A stretch of DNA of 64,000 nt from Clostridia bacterium (lineage in GTDB: Bacteria > Bacillota > Clostridia > JAAYHZ01): NCBI GenBank assembly GCA_050950825.1, contig JBMNIH010000002.1, positions 512,001-576,000 of the forward strand, read 5' to 3'. Under the pieces are notes generated by a model that did not search any database, had not been told where the DNA came from, and worked only from the letters and a program-made list of their open reading frames with translations. Positions within the stretch are counted from its first letter, which is position 1, and the number at the start of each line of letters is the position of its first letter. Of the stretch, positions 29,178 to 40,119 are shown piece after piece. A program made the position numbers and the translations under genes.

Positions 29178-31928
29178 TCATCCTTTAATTTTCATAACGA
29201 TGAAAATCGCGGCTGCAACGATCGCCGCCACAAACAAGAAAAATCGTATTTTCCGGTTGGTCAAAAGGATAAACGTCACAGCTATCAATAGGAGCCCTAA
29301 AGCAATCGGAATTAAAAGTCTTCGATTGTGCTTGAACATCCCGGATAAGTTGCCGGTTTCCATCACATATCTTGCCAATTCCTTAATCGTATCCACAATG
29401 TAGAATTTTACGGGATAAAAGCGATCCTTCATACTCTTTTTGAAAAAAGAATCCTTCCGGAACGGTTCTTCATCCGTCTCCGTTGTCAAGCCGCTTTCAA
29501 CAATCGCCTTTTGCCCTTTGCTTACCGATTTCAAATCCCCGGTCATGTCCAATTCGTGAAGAGCATAAAAGACCGTTCCCGCATAACAGGATACGGCAGG
29601 CTCCTTTCCGGTTTCCAGCAGGCATTCGGAATTTTGCAAAGAGCTTTTGTAGGTTCCGGCGTCCCCTTCGAAAAACAGTATGTTTCTTGTTTTTTTGCTT
29701 TTGTTGCGGATGTAAGCCTTGCCTTCTTCCAAGCTTCCGTACACGATTCCCTCGCAATAGTCGCCTATTACATACTCAGAGTGCTTGTCCAAAAAGATTT
29801 CGGATACCAAAACCGAATCCAGATAGATATGAACGACGGCTCGTCCTTCTCCGGTTGTCACCCTGTCGGCGATGGACAATGGATACGGGTTATCATCCTC
29901 CGTTAACAAAGCGGTATTTTCTTTACCGGTAAGGGACACCTCTCCTTCCGACTTGTAGAGAATCGCCTTCATGTGAAACAATCTTCCCGGAGCAATGTCC
30001 TCGCTTAAATAACCGAGGATATCATTGTATACTTCTTCGGTATACAAAAGGGACGGGGTATGATCGGCAAAAGATCGAGAATGAGCCAGCTGCCAATAGG
30101 TTTTGTTCACCGTACCGTTTAAGTAAGCGGACCACAAAGGTATTACACCGTCACCTTCCATAAAGCCGGGCTTTCCCGAATAGGAGGACAGATTGGCATA
30201 CTGGACCATGGCGTTGATGTGTTCTCCGTATGCTTCCCCGTCGTTTAGCTTGTTTAAAAAATCGCTGTCATAGGTCAATTGCTTTTTCAAAACGTCGCCG
30301 AATCCCGACCATTGAGGGGAATTCTTAATATCGCTCTCCTTCAGGCCGTGGTTCGGAACGGCGATTAGTATACACTTTCGAATATCGTTCCGATACATGG
30401 GGGAAGCGATATAGCTGCGAGTGATCAAGCCTCCGAATCCAAAGGAAATCGTATCGAAGCACGTAATTTTAATTCCGCTTCCCGTCATCCGGTCCTTTAA
30501 GTCCTTCAAGTAGGAGGATAAACGCTCGTTCATAATTTCCAAGGCCTCATCCGCGGAGGACTCGCTGTGTCGAAATACGGTGTATCTTTTCTCTTTCAAA
30601 AAATCCAAAAGGCCTTGCTCTTCCTTATCGGGTAAATCCTTACCGGAAACGAACAAGACGGGAGGCCGATATACCTTAATTTCCGTTGCCAATTCCACGG
30701 GAATGCCGTTATCCGGAGTATATGTAAATCGAAGGGGTACCGTTACGTAATAAAGCTCTTCTCCCATAAAGGTTTCTTTTTTCAAATCCCCTTGAACATA
30801 CTTAGGAGGTACGTATTCAAATTCCATGATCTCGCCGGGATTTTTGATTTTTTTCCTTTGGAACAGTCCGTGGGAAATGATCTTTCCGGTTTCCGGCTGC
30901 AGGATGTCCAAAACACCTTTGTTCATTCCGCTTAATACGACACGAATTTTTAAGGTTTCCACCCCGTCCGCCGCGATGCCGTTGTAAACGATGCCGTTTA
31001 TGATGTTCTTTTCCGTTTCCACATAAGCATCCAGAACCGGGATTACGATATCCTCGGTAAAATCACCGCAGGATACGGTATATTCATAGCTTGTTGCGTT
31101 TTTATCGTTATGGGATACGGTAAATACCCCTTGTCCGGTTCCGAAAGGCAGGCTTTTTACGGTTTTACCGGTTTTCTTGTCCGTAAGGACAAAGGAATCC
31201 AAGGGCTTTTTCCCGGTGTAATTTTCCGAATAGTAAACGATGACGGTAATTTCCACGGTGTCGGTCGTTTCGGAAAAGCAAGAGGGAGAAAAAGTCGTTT
31301 CCATATAGGGGCGGCTTGTGCTTTTTGCATCCGCGACGGAGGCTTGCTGCAGCTTTTCGTATAAAGCCGTTGTAAAAGCTTCCGCGTCTTTTTGGATACC
31401 AAGAGGATAGGACAGGACGATTAAATAGTTGTATTTGACAAAAGCCGTAGTTCGCTTTTGTATTTCGTCCATGGTGTAATCCAAGTATTTATAGGTCCCG
31501 GAGTCGGTTTTTTCTTCCGACCGCTTGATTTGTTTTAAGCTTTGATCCAACCCGGAAAGATATTTTGCGTAACCGTCGCTGAAAAAAGATAAGGCATGGG
31601 CCGCATCTTGTTCTTTATAAAAAGATGTAATTTCAACGGTTAGCGTATCATCCTTCGATTTGGATACCAAATCGCATTGGTACCCGTAGTAAGGTTTGGA
31701 ATCTCCCGTTTTGGCCAGCCCGTATCGTATGATTATATCGTTGATACTGATTTCGTCCGTCTTGCTTATGGTATTTTCGATTGCATATCCTTTCGGAACG
31801 GCCTGTTTTATGGCTTCGGCCACCTCTTGGGACGACGGTTTTGCAACAACAACGACACAAGCACAAAGGATTATGATGAATACGAGAGAAGAAATGATTT
31901 TCCTCATTCTTTTTTTCGGCAAAATCAC
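29178..31928 (-). CDS. Exported, C-terminally anchored protein with a degenerate alpha/beta-hydrolase domain and a FecR-like domain
   Basis: Signal peptide; RPPVLFVSG, DTISFGFGGLITR, IAVPNHG, GDGVIP; DRVTTGEGRA FecR-like segment; two C-terminal TM helices. Confidence 0.65.
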   Translation of the reverse strand: MILPKKRMRKIISSLVFIIILCACVVVVAKPSSQEVAEAIKQAVPKGYAIENTISKTDEISINDIIIRYGLAKTGDSKPYYGYQCDLVSKSKDDTLTVEITSFYKEQDAAHALSFFSDGYAKYLSGLDQSLKQIKRSEEKTDSGTYKYLDYTMDEIQKRTTAFVKYNYLIVLSYPLGIQKDAEAFTTALYEKLQQASVADAKSTSRPYMETTFSPSCFSETTDTVEITVIVYYSENYTGKKPLDSFVLTDKKTGKTVKSLPFGTGQGVFTVSHNDKNATSYEYTVSCGDFTEDIVIPVLDAYVETEKNIINGIVYNGIAADGVETLKIRVVLSGMNKGVLDILQPETGKIISHGLFQRKKIKNPGEIMEFEYVPPKYVQGDLKKETFMGEELYYVTVPLRFTYTPDNGIPVELATEIKVYRPPVLFVSGKDLPDKEEQGLLDFLKEKRYTVFRHSESSADEALEIMNERLSSYLKDLKDRMTGSGIKITCFDTISFGFGGLITRSYIASPMYRNDIRKCILIAVPNHGLKESDIKNSPQWSGFGDVLKKQLTYDSDFLNKLNDGEAYGEHINAMVQYANLSSYSGKPGFMEGDGVIPLWSAYLNGTVNKTYWQLAHSRSFADHTPSLLYTEEVYNDILGYLSEDIAPGRLFHMKAILYKSEGEVSLTGKENTALLTEDDNPYPLSIADRVTTGEGRAVVHIYLDSVLVSEIFLDKHSEYVIGDYCEGIVYGSLEEGKAYIRNKSKKTRNILFFEGDAGTYKSSLQNSECLLETGKEPAVSCYAGTVFYALHELDMTGDLKSVSKGQKAIVESGLTTETDEEPFRKDSFFKKSMKDRFYPVKFYIVDTIKELARYVMETGNLSGMFKHNRRLLIPIALGLLLIAVTFILLTNRKIRFFLFVAAIVAAAIFIVMKIKG

Positions 31929-31992
31929 CCTCTCCGGGGGTTGAAAATGCCGATTGTCACCTCCTGTATACTACCTCAACATCTATTCGTAT

Positions 31993-33198
31993 TTATTTTA
32001 TGGATGAGCGGAGCTTACCCGCCGCTATTTCTTCCGCAAGTCTTCTTCTCGCCTTTCCGAAGAAAAGGATCATAGGAAGGATCGTCATTAAAGGCAGAAT
32101 GAGCATGGCATATTGAACGCTCCCGCTTTGGTCGGCGATATACCCGCATAATGCGGGGAAAATCATGCTGCCTAAGCTTGCACACACCGTAAACAGTCCC
32201 GTTAAGGCGCCTTTTTTATCGGGAAGCATAAGGCCGCCTATGGCAATGGATATAGGCGAAAAGGGTGACATAAATATGCCGATGAGAAAAGAAAAGATCA
32301 TGCCGTAGAGAGCCGAAGGCGACATCAAAGTCCCTATTCCCGTAATCAAGGTTCCTGCAAAGCTAAAGGCCAATATACGATTGTATCCTAGCTTTTCCGC
32401 CGTCATACTCCAGACCAATCGTCCTAACGTAACGCCGCCGTTGATTAACGCCAAAGCGGTTGATGCAACCATGGGAGTTACCAAATAATGATACTCAAAA
32501 AAGGTGTTGGTAAAGGATTTGAATGTATTGGTGCCCCCTACCATAACAAACAACATGAAGCATAAGTACAAAAGCGGTCCGGAAAGGGCGGATAAAGGCA
32601 TACCGGATTTTTTCTTTTCCGGGATACCGCCTGCGGCTTCGGCTTTTTCATAGCGCAGCTTAGGTATGAATAGGAAAATGATAAGCCCCGTTAAACCGAT
32701 GAATAAAAAGGGGTACTGCCAATTTTCGTACCGGTTTAAAATCAATCCGAATGCAAGAGGCCCGATCATTCCCCCCAAACCGAAGAACATGTGCAGTAAG
32801 TTCAAAACGCTTCCCGGTTTTTCCGGGTATAAATCCGTTATGAGCCCGTTTGCGGCGCCGTCCATAAAAGCGTGTCCCCCGCCGAACAATACCATGGCAA
32901 GGTAAAACAAGAATCCGAAGGGGGCAAATCCCGAAAGAATTCCTCCTAGGATGATGACAAAAACACCGATCCGAAGCACCCAAGGCTTCGACCATTTGTC
33001 GGCTAAAATCCCCGCCGGTATTACCAGAATCAATCGGGATGCCGACATGACCGATACCGCAAGCCCCATATTCAAAAGAGACACTCCGGCTTGTGTATTC
33101 ATAAGAGGTATCACAACCGCCAAAACCGTATTCATCATACCGGTTAAAAAGAAAGTAATTAATATCCCTGCCGCTTTAATAATTCTTTTATCTTTCAT
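31993..33198 (-). CDS. MFS transporter (FucP-like)
   Basis: GILADKWS, LNLLHMFFGLGGMIGP; about 12 TMs. Confidence 0.88.
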   Translation of the reverse strand: MKDKRIIKAAGILITFFLTGMMNTVLAVVIPLMNTQAGVSLLNMGLAVSVMSASRLILVIPAGILADKWSKPWVLRIGVFVIILGGILSGFAPFGFLFYLAMVLFGGGHAFMDGAANGLITDLYPEKPGSVLNLLHMFFGLGGMIGPLAFGLILNRYENWQYPFLFIGLTGLIIFLFIPKLRYEKAEAAGGIPEKKKSGMPLSALSGPLLYLCFMLFVMVGGTNTFKSFTNTFFEYHYLVTPMVASTALALINGGVTLGRLVWSMTAEKLGYNRILAFSFAGTLITGIGTLMSPSALYGMIFSFLIGIFMSPFSPISIAIGGLMLPDKKGALTGLFTVCASLGSMIFPALCGYIADQSGSVQYAMLILPLMTILPMILFFGKARRRLAEEIAAGKLRSSIK

Positions 33199-33411
33199 AA
33201 AAACTCTCCCATGTTTTACCCATTATATCATCCTTTTTTCATGTAGAACATTGTTTTGCGTTCGAAACTTTCTCTTTTTTACGTTTCAGGTTCGCTATAA
33301 GGCCTCTCCCCTGTCGGATTCCGGAAGGGATTTACCGGATTTTTCAGATTGAAGGATGCCGGTGCGGAGATTATAATGAAAACAAACAATTTATATATCA
33401 AGGTGTGACAC

Positions 33412-34368
33412 ATGAAAAAGAAAGCGATAAAAACATTTCTTATGTCAATCCTTTTGGTATTGGCTTTATTTTCAAGCGTTCACGCGCACGCAGCCGGCAC
33501 CTATTACACGGTGAAGCAAGGCGACAGCTTATACAAAATTTCAAAAAGCTTCGGAATCTCGGTGGATAACCTGATGAAAGAGAACAATTTGAAATCCACG
33601 ATCATTTATCCCGGTATGAAATTAATCGTAGGGTTATCGGAGACGTCACCCGTAAAAATTACGGTAAACGGACAGCCGGTTTTAACCGACGGCTTTATTC
33701 ACGAGAACCGTACCTTCGTACCGATTCGATTTATCAGCGAGATGTTGGGAGCCGAAGTGGATTGGTTCCCGGAAGAAAAATACGCAGCGGTTATACATAA
33801 TCAAAAAGTGATTTTATTAAAATCCAACGAAAGCAATGTCTATGTAAACGGTATTCATCAAATTATCGACGCGCCGGCCATGAATATGAACGGCCGTATA
33901 TTCGTTCCTCTTCGTTTTGTATCCGAAACCGGCGACGTGGCGGTGGAATGGGACGGGGATCAAAAAATCGTCCGACTGACTGTGAAAGAAGGCGTAAAGC
34001 CTGCTCCGTATACCCAAGACGATTTGTATTGGCTGTCGAGACTCATTCGTGCCGAAGCGGAAGGCCAGCCTCTTTTCGGGCAATTGGCCGTCGGAGCCGT
34101 GGTGATGAATCGGGTATATTCGAAGGACTTTCCCGATACGGTCAAAGAGGTCATTTTTCAACCCAAGCAATTTACACCCGCAGCCAACGGAACCATTTAC
34201 AAGGAGCCGGGCAAAAGGTACGAAACCGTAGCAAAAATGGTACTAAACGGCTTTATAGCGGATCGAGAGGCTTTGTTTTTTCTCAATCCGGATAAGTCCA
34301 CAAGCTTTTGGATCGTCAATAACAAAACCTACGTAGCATCCATCGGCGACCATGATTTCTACAAGTAA
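33412..34368 (+). CDS. LysM + stalk domain + SleB-type cell wall hydrolase
   Basis: YTVKQGDSLYKIS; RTFVPIRF; LSRLIRAEAEGQ...AVGAVVMNRV...IGDHDFY. Confidence 0.9.
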   Translation: MKKKAIKTFLMSILLVLALFSSVHAHAAGTYYTVKQGDSLYKISKSFGISVDNLMKENNLKSTIIYPGMKLIVGLSETSPVKITVNGQPVLTDGFIHENRTFVPIRFISEMLGAEVDWFPEEKYAAVIHNQKVILLKSNESNVYVNGIHQIIDAPAMNMNGRIFVPLRFVSETGDVAVEWDGDQKIVRLTVKEGVKPAPYTQDDLYWLSRLIRAEAEGQPLFGQLAVGAVVMNRVYSKDFPDTVKEVIFQPKQFTPAANGTIYKEPGKRYETVAKMVLNGFIADREALFFLNPDKSTSFWIVNNKTYVASIGDHDFYK

Positions 34369-34373
34369 TCGGT

Positions 34374-34404
34374 AAAAAAAGGGGCGTTGCGCCCCCTTTT
34401 TTTT
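34374..34404. terminator. Bidirectional terminator
   Basis: A7-GGGGCG-TTG-CGCCCC-C-T8 between convergent genes. Confidence 0.88.
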
Positions 34405-35884
34405 ATGCAAACGGATTCTCCGTCTTGTAGCGTTCTCCCTTCGGTTGGTTGTATGACAAATCGTCGATGCCCAACAGCTTCATGGCATCGAACAGGGTCT
34501 TTCCTGCATGGGCAAAACCGACGGCGGAGTGATGAGGGAATTGCTTTTCCAAAAGCACGTGTCTGTAGAAACGAGGCATTTCTTTTACTCCGATAATGCC
34601 GATTCCTCCGAATGAGCAAGGATCCACATCCAAAATTTCGCCGTGGGCCATATAGGACTTCAGTTTGCAATCGGAAGAGGACTGCAAACGGAACAAGGTT
34701 ACGGGACCGGCCTTCAAGGAACCGTCCAAGCATCCGCGGGACATATAGGGTTCTTTGTCTCCTTCCAGCAAGCGGTGCATGATCAGCTGGTAGCTCATCA
34801 CGGGCTTGTTTACGAAGCATGCCGACGTGTTGCCGCAGTGGAATCCCATAAACAGTTCTCTTAATTCATAATCGTATTTGCCCTTCACAAACGTGTTGTA
34901 CATGTCCAAAGGTACCGTATTGTTAATGTCCAAAAGCGTCGGAGGCAAACCGGTGGCACAGGCCAAGATGTATTCGCTTAAGGCACCGTAGATATCGGTT
35001 TCGCAAGCGATGGGTATCCCTTGTTTTGCAAATCTTCCGTTGATGTAACAGGGAACAAAATGGAATTGGGTTTGGAATGCCGGCCAGCATTTGTTGGCAA
35101 ATACGGCGTATCGGCAAGCGCCTTTGTTTGCTTCCATCAAATCAAGGAGCGTCAATTCGTACTGCGCCAGTTTCTCCATAAGATCCGAATAGGTGGTCCT
35201 GCCTTCCAACTCTTCTTCGTATTCTTTGACCAAGGACGGGATTCTCGGATCGCCTTTATGATTGTTGTACGCTTCAAAAAGGTCGAGCTCCGAGTTCTCC
35301 ATGATCTCGACTCCCATATCAAACAAGGGCTGTATGGGGGCGTTGCAGGCGAAAAAGTCTTGGGGTCTCGGTCCGTAGGTGATAATCTTAAGGTTCTTCA
35401 TCCCCACAAGGATTCGTGCTATGGGTTGAAAATCCCGTATCATTTCGGCGATTTCGTCCGGAGAGCCTACGGGGTATTCCGGAATATGAACTCTTGTATT
35501 CCGAAGCTTAAGGTTGTAGGAAGCGCTTAACATACCGCAAAAAGCGTCTCCCCGATCGGAAGACAATACGCCGATGTTTTCCTCCGAAGCGGCGGCAAAC
35601 ATAACGGGGCCTTCGAATCTTTGCGCCAGCATGGTCTCGGGACCTTCGGGACCGAAGTTTCCTAAGAACACCGTCAAAGCGTTCACGCCTTTGTCTTTCA
35701 GCTCTTTTAACACTTCCAACGTATCTTTTTCGTTTTCGATCACTTTTTGTATATTAATGACATCAATCCCTTTGGACTCGCAGGATGCGGCAACGGCATC
35801 TCTCCTGCTCGCAGACAATGTCAGCGGAAAACAATCTCGGCTGACGGCCACAATTGCGTTCTTAATAACCGGTATATTTCTCAT
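34403..35884 (-). CDS. L-fucose/L-arabinose isomerase family protein
   Basis: GNFGPEGPE, RGDAFCG, CETDIYG, GFHCGN, FPHH. Confidence 0.85.
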   Translation of the reverse strand: MRNIPVIKNAIVAVSRDCFPLTLSASRRDAVAASCESKGIDVINIQKVIENEKDTLEVLKELKDKGVNALTVFLGNFGPEGPETMLAQRFEGPVMFAAASEENIGVLSSDRGDAFCGMLSASYNLKLRNTRVHIPEYPVGSPDEIAEMIRDFQPIARILVGMKNLKIITYGPRPQDFFACNAPIQPLFDMGVEIMENSELDLFEAYNNHKGDPRIPSLVKEYEEELEGRTTYSDLMEKLAQYELTLLDLMEANKGACRYAVFANKCWPAFQTQFHFVPCYINGRFAKQGIPIACETDIYGALSEYILACATGLPPTLLDINNTVPLDMYNTFVKGKYDYELRELFMGFHCGNTSACFVNKPVMSYQLIMHRLLEGDKEPYMSRGCLDGSLKAGPVTLFRLQSSSDCKLKSYMAHGEILDVDPCSFGGIGIIGVKEMPRFYRHVLLEKQFPHHSAVGFAHAGKTLFDAMKLLGIDDLSYNQPKGERYKTENPFA

Positions 35885-36092
35885 CCTTCTTCCTCCCGCA
35901 AAAACGTTTGATAAAATTATTGTAGCATGGAAATTTTCCGTAAACAAGAAAAAACAAAAACGGGAAAACTCCCAAGGACTTCAAAAGACGCGGATACGCT
36001 CGTTCTATACGGTTTTATATAATTACAAAGAGTCTTTATTACGGTATTTTATGCATCTTTTTTTCGGAAACGGAAACGGTTTTACCGCCGAT

Positions 36093-36121
36093 TTGACAAA
36101 AAGCAAGGAGGAAAATACAAT
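36093..36121 (+). promoter_or_regulatory. SigA promoter of tatD
   Basis: TTGACA-N17-TACAAT. Confidence 0.7.
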
Positions 36122-36160
36122 AGTCGTAATCCTTAACGAAATATAAACGAGGTTTGTTTT

Positions 36161-36931
36161 ATGGTTTATGTAGATGTTCATACTCACTATGACGATCCTA
36201 GGTATGATCAAGATCGGGACGAAGTATTGTCAAGACTGCCCCAAGCCGGGCTTCGTTACGTAATAAATGCCGGATCGGATCGGCAGACTTCTTCCCTGTC
36301 TTTGATGCTTGCCGAACAATATCCTTTCATGTATGCTTGCTGCGGTATCCATCCTCACGAGGCCATCACTTATAGACAAGACATTTCCGAAATCGAAGAA
36401 ATGCTTACGCATGAAAAATGCGTCGCCGTCGGAGAAACCGGTCTGGATTACTATTACGAAAACACCCAAAGAGAGATTCAAATGGAATCCTTCCGCAAGC
36501 ATTTGGAATTGGCGGTACGATACCGTTTGCCCGTTATCATACACAACCGAGAAGCCACAAAGGATTGCCTGGAGATTTTGCAGGAGTACGAACCGCAAGG
36601 GTTAACGGGAGTATTTCACTGTTTTTCCGGCAGCAAGGAAACGGCGAAAATCGTTCTTAACAAAGGATACTATATCTCCGTCGGAGGACCCGTAACGTTT
36701 AAAAACGCAAAAAAAATCATTGACGTTGTGCAGTACGCTCCGTTGGATCGCCTGATGACGGAAACGGACTGCCCCTATTTGGCACCGGAGCCGAACCGAG
36801 GGAAAAGAAACGATTCTTCGAACATTCCTTTCGTCCTGCAAAAAATAGCGGAGCTAAAGAACGTATCTTCGGAAACCGTAGCGGAAGCCGTTTTGAGCAA
36901 TACAAAGAAGCTTTTTCAAAAGATCCGATAA
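36161..36931 (+). CDS. tatD: TatD family deoxyribonuclease
   Basis: DVHTH, GIHPH, VGETGLDY, IHNREA, HCFSG, ETDCPYLAP. Confidence 0.93.
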   Translation: MVYVDVHTHYDDPRYDQDRDEVLSRLPQAGLRYVINAGSDRQTSSLSLMLAEQYPFMYACCGIHPHEAITYRQDISEIEEMLTHEKCVAVGETGLDYYYENTQREIQMESFRKHLELAVRYRLPVIIHNREATKDCLEILQEYEPQGLTGVFHCFSGSKETAKIVLNKGYYISVGGPVTFKNAKKIIDVVQYAPLDRLMTETDCPYLAPEPNRGKRNDSSNIPFVLQKIAELKNVSSETVAEAVLSNTKKLFQKIR

Positions 36932-36936
36932 ATGCC

Positions 36937-36962
36937 AAAAAGCGCCTTTGAAGGCGCTTTTT
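36937..36962. terminator. Bidirectional terminator
   Basis: AAAAAGCGCC-TTTGAA-GGCGCTTTTT between convergent genes. Confidence 0.8.
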
Positions 36963-36991
36963 ATCGATAACTTTTGCTATGATCAATTTTT

Positions 36992-37939
36992 CTATTTTTT
37001 CATCTTGATGACTTCTTGGGCTTGTTTTACGATGTTTTCCGGTGTCAAACCGTATTCTTGGAACAGTTCGTCCGGTTTTCCGGATTTTCCGAATACGTCG
37101 TTAATGGCTACCGCTTTTAAGGGCACCGGATAATTTTGTACCAACACTTCGGCTACGGCTCCGGTTAGTCCGCCGATAATGTTATGTTCTTCCGCCGTTA
37201 CAATGGCTCCGGTTTCCTTCGCCGCCTTAACGATGATGTCTTTGTCAATGGGTTTTATCGTATGAATATCGATAACCCTTGCATCGATTCCTTGTGCTTT
37301 TAACATTTCCGCCGCTTCCAAGGATTTATATACCATCAAGCCCGTGGCGATAATCGTCACGTCGCCTCCGTCTTTCAGTTGAATGCCCTTTCCCAATTCG
37401 AAGGAAAAGTCTTCTTCCTTGTGAACCAAAGGCAGTGCCAATCTTCCCAGTCGTAAATACACCGGACCCTTGATGTCTATGGCCGCTTTAACGGCTGCGC
37501 GGGTTTCGATTCCGTCACAAGGGCAGATAATCGTCATATTAGGCAAGCTCCTCATAATGGCCATATCCTCGACGGTTTGGTGAGATGCACCGTCTTCCCC
37601 TACGGATATACCGGCATGAGTCGCCCCGATTTTCACATTCAGCTTAGGATAGCAAATGGAGTTTCGAATCTGTTCGCATGCTCTCATGGATGCAAAAACG
37701 GCAAAGGTGCTTGCAAATACCGTTTTTCCGCATGTAGCCATTCCGGCGGCGATGGATATCATGTTCGCTTCCGCAATCCCTATATTAAAAAATCTTTCGG
37801 GATATACTTTTTGAAAGGTATCGGTTTTTGTGGATTTGGATAAATCCGCATCCAATACCACGATATTGGGATCCTTGCCGAATTCGGCTAAAGCCTTTCC
37901 GTATGCCTCCCTTGTTGCGATCTTGCTCATATTATTCAC
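36992..37939 (-). CDS. Transketolase, C-terminal subunit
   Basis: DADLSKST, GIAEANM, GEDGASHQ, EEHNIIGGL. Confidence 0.95.
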   Translation of the reverse strand: MNNMSKIATREAYGKALAEFGKDPNIVVLDADLSKSTKTDTFQKVYPERFFNIGIAEANMISIAAGMATCGKTVFASTFAVFASMRACEQIRNSICYPKLNVKIGATHAGISVGEDGASHQTVEDMAIMRSLPNMTIICPCDGIETRAAVKAAIDIKGPVYLRLGRLALPLVHKEEDFSFELGKGIQLKDGGDVTIIATGLMVYKSLEAAEMLKAQGIDARVIDIHTIKPIDKDIIVKAAKETGAIVTAEEHNIIGGLTGAVAEVLVQNYPVPLKAVAINDVFGKSGKPDELFQEYGLTPENIVKQAQEVIKMKK

Positions 37940-38777
37940 CTCCTAAAAGCTCCATGGCTTTATCCAATTCGGAAATCGCTTTGTCTCGCTCTTCTTTGTT
38001 CGGCGCTTTTCCGTGCCAGCCGTACTCGCCTTCCATAAAGGATACGCCTTTTCCTTTTACGGTGTTGGCAACCACCATGGTCGGCATTCCTTTCGTTGCT
38101 TTCGCCTTTTCAACGGCATCGTCTATGGCTATCAAATCGTTTCCGTCAATTTCGATTACATTCCAGTTGAATGCTCTGAATTTCGACGGCAAGCATTCCG
38201 GAGACATAACTTCCGTAATTTTCCCGTCTATTTGAAGTCCGTTATGGTCCAAGAAAACGGTTAAATTGTCCAGCTTGTAATGAGCGGCCGCCATTAATGC
38301 TTCCCATACCTGGCCTTCTTGGCATTCTCCGTCTCCGATAATGACATAAACCCGATAATCCTTTTTATCCAATTTACCGGCTAAAGCCATGCCCACGGAA
38401 GCGGAAATTCCCTGTCCTAACGACCCTGTGGACATATCCACGCCCGGTACGTCCTTCATACTGGGATGCCCCTGCAGGAAGCTGTCGATTTTACGAAGGT
38501 TTTTCAGCTCCTCTGTGGAGAAGAATCCTTTTTCCGCCAAGGTTGCATACAGAGCGGGTGCACAGTGACCCTTCGACATAACGAATCTGTCGCGATCAAG
38601 ATCATTCGGATCATTTATATTAACGTTCATGTGTTTGAAATAGAGTACTGTCAGAATATCGGTACAAGACAACGAACCGCCCGGATGTCCCGAGCCTGCG
38701 TGATAAACAGCATCAATAATATGTCGTCTTATTCTCACAGCAGTTTTTTTCAGTTCCAATAGTTGCTGTTTCTCCAT
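37932..38777 (-). CDS. Transketolase, N-terminal subunit
   Basis: SGHPGGSLS, SKGHCAP, STGSLGQG, GDGECQEG. Confidence 0.95.
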   Translation of the reverse strand: MEKQQLLELKKTAVRIRRHIIDAVYHAGSGHPGGSLSCTDILTVLYFKHMNVNINDPNDLDRDRFVMSKGHCAPALYATLAEKGFFSTEELKNLRKIDSFLQGHPSMKDVPGVDMSTGSLGQGISASVGMALAGKLDKKDYRVYVIIGDGECQEGQVWEALMAAAHYKLDNLTVFLDHNGLQIDGKITEVMSPECLPSKFRAFNWNVIEIDGNDLIAIDDAVEKAKATKGMPTMVVANTVKGKGVSFMEGEYGWHGKAPNKEERDKAISELDKAMELLGGE

Positions 38778-38881
38778 ATTTTAAATCTCCTTTATAAAAT
38801 TTCTATCACATATTTGGATAAAATATCGGATAAACCTGCATGTTCACACCTTCCTAAGTATACTATACAGGCAGTCCTTGG

Positions 38882-39805
38882 TCAATCCAATTTCGAGAAA
38901 CCTTCTCCCAAAATCTCTCTGGCATCGCTGATAATGACAAAAGCTTTCATGTCCACCCGCTTGATAATATTGATAACATGAGGAACCTCTTTGCCGGATA
39001 CGACAATGAATAACACCTTTTTCTCTTTGCCGCTGTACATACCGGTTCCTTGTAGCGCCGTTACGCCACGATCCAGCTCCTTCATCACCAATTCGGATAT
39101 TTCCTCGTAGCGGTCGGATACCACATAGACGGCTTTTGAAAAATCCACCCCTTCTTGCATGGCGTCTAAAACTTGGGTTTGGGCAATCAAGGTTATGATG
39201 GCATACATCCCTAACCTTATGCTGCTAAAAGCGATCATAGACAAAACCACAACAAACCCGTCAATTAAAAAAAGCATTTTCCCGAAAGAAACTTTCGGAT
39301 AATATCTTTTGATCAGCGCAGCGGCAAGATCCGTTCCACCCGTCGTTCCTCCGGATTTCACCGTCAGCCCCAATCCGATTCCCATAACCAAGCCGCCGAT
39401 CAAACAGGTTACCGGCATGTCCGATAAAGCGTCAAACTCCGCTTCCATCAACGGCCCTATGACCCTTTCCACGTAAGAAACGGTAACGTCCGTTATTACG
39501 GCCAATGCCAGCGTTGCAAACAAGGTCTTGATCATAAAGCTTTTGCTTTCCAGCTTTAATGCGGCCAAAAACAAAGGGACGTTCAATACGATCATGATAA
39601 CGCCCAGGGGTACGATGCCTCCAAAGACATGGAACAAAATGGTGGATAAGCCGGTCACCCCTCCCGGAGCGATTTTCGAAGGAACAATGAAAATATTCAA
39701 TGCCATGGCAACCAAAAAGGAACCGATCAGTATACGCACCGTATCGGCCAAAAACCCTTTCATTTGCTCCGGAGGGATTTTTTTTAGCAATTTTATTCGG
39801 TCCAT
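38882..39805 (-). CDS. YitT family membrane protein
   Basis: APGGVTGL, GGTTGGTD, DRGVT...GMYSG. Confidence 0.9.
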   Translation of the reverse strand: MDRIKLLKKIPPEQMKGFLADTVRILIGSFLVAMALNIFIVPSKIAPGGVTGLSTILFHVFGGIVPLGVIMIVLNVPLFLAALKLESKSFMIKTLFATLALAVITDVTVSYVERVIGPLMEAEFDALSDMPVTCLIGGLVMGIGLGLTVKSGGTTGGTDLAAALIKRYYPKVSFGKMLFLIDGFVVVLSMIAFSSIRLGMYAIITLIAQTQVLDAMQEGVDFSKAVYVVSDRYEEISELVMKELDRGVTALQGTGMYSGKEKKVLFIVVSGKEVPHVINIIKRVDMKAFVIISDAREILGEGFSKLD

Positions 39806-39808
39806 CTT

Positions 39809-40015
39809 TTACTTATCCTGCTCTCGGTTTTCCGGATTGCTTTGTACAACCTTCTTCAACCGCTTCACAAACTTCGTTCGAGGAATCATGACATGGCTTC
39901 CGCATGTGTTGCAAACCAGCCGTATATCCGCGCCCACCCGCACGATTTTCCATGTCTTTCCGCCGCAAGGGTGGGTTTTTTTCAATTCGACAATATCTCC
40001 GATATCAAAATTCAT
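39809..40015 (-). CDS. DUF951 family protein
   Basis: GDIVELKKTHPCGG..W...RVGADIRLVC..C. Confidence 0.9.
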   Translation of the reverse strand: MNFDIGDIVELKKTHPCGGKTWKIVRVGADIRLVCNTCGSHVMIPRTKFVKRLKKVVQSNPENREQDK

Positions 40016-40119
40016 AATAGGAAGGATTCCCAAAAATCCGCAATTTCAGTCCTTCGGAAATCCTTTTCGCCTCCTTTTTGTTCACTGTCGGATTTATTCC
40101 GTAAAAGATGTTGTCGGAT

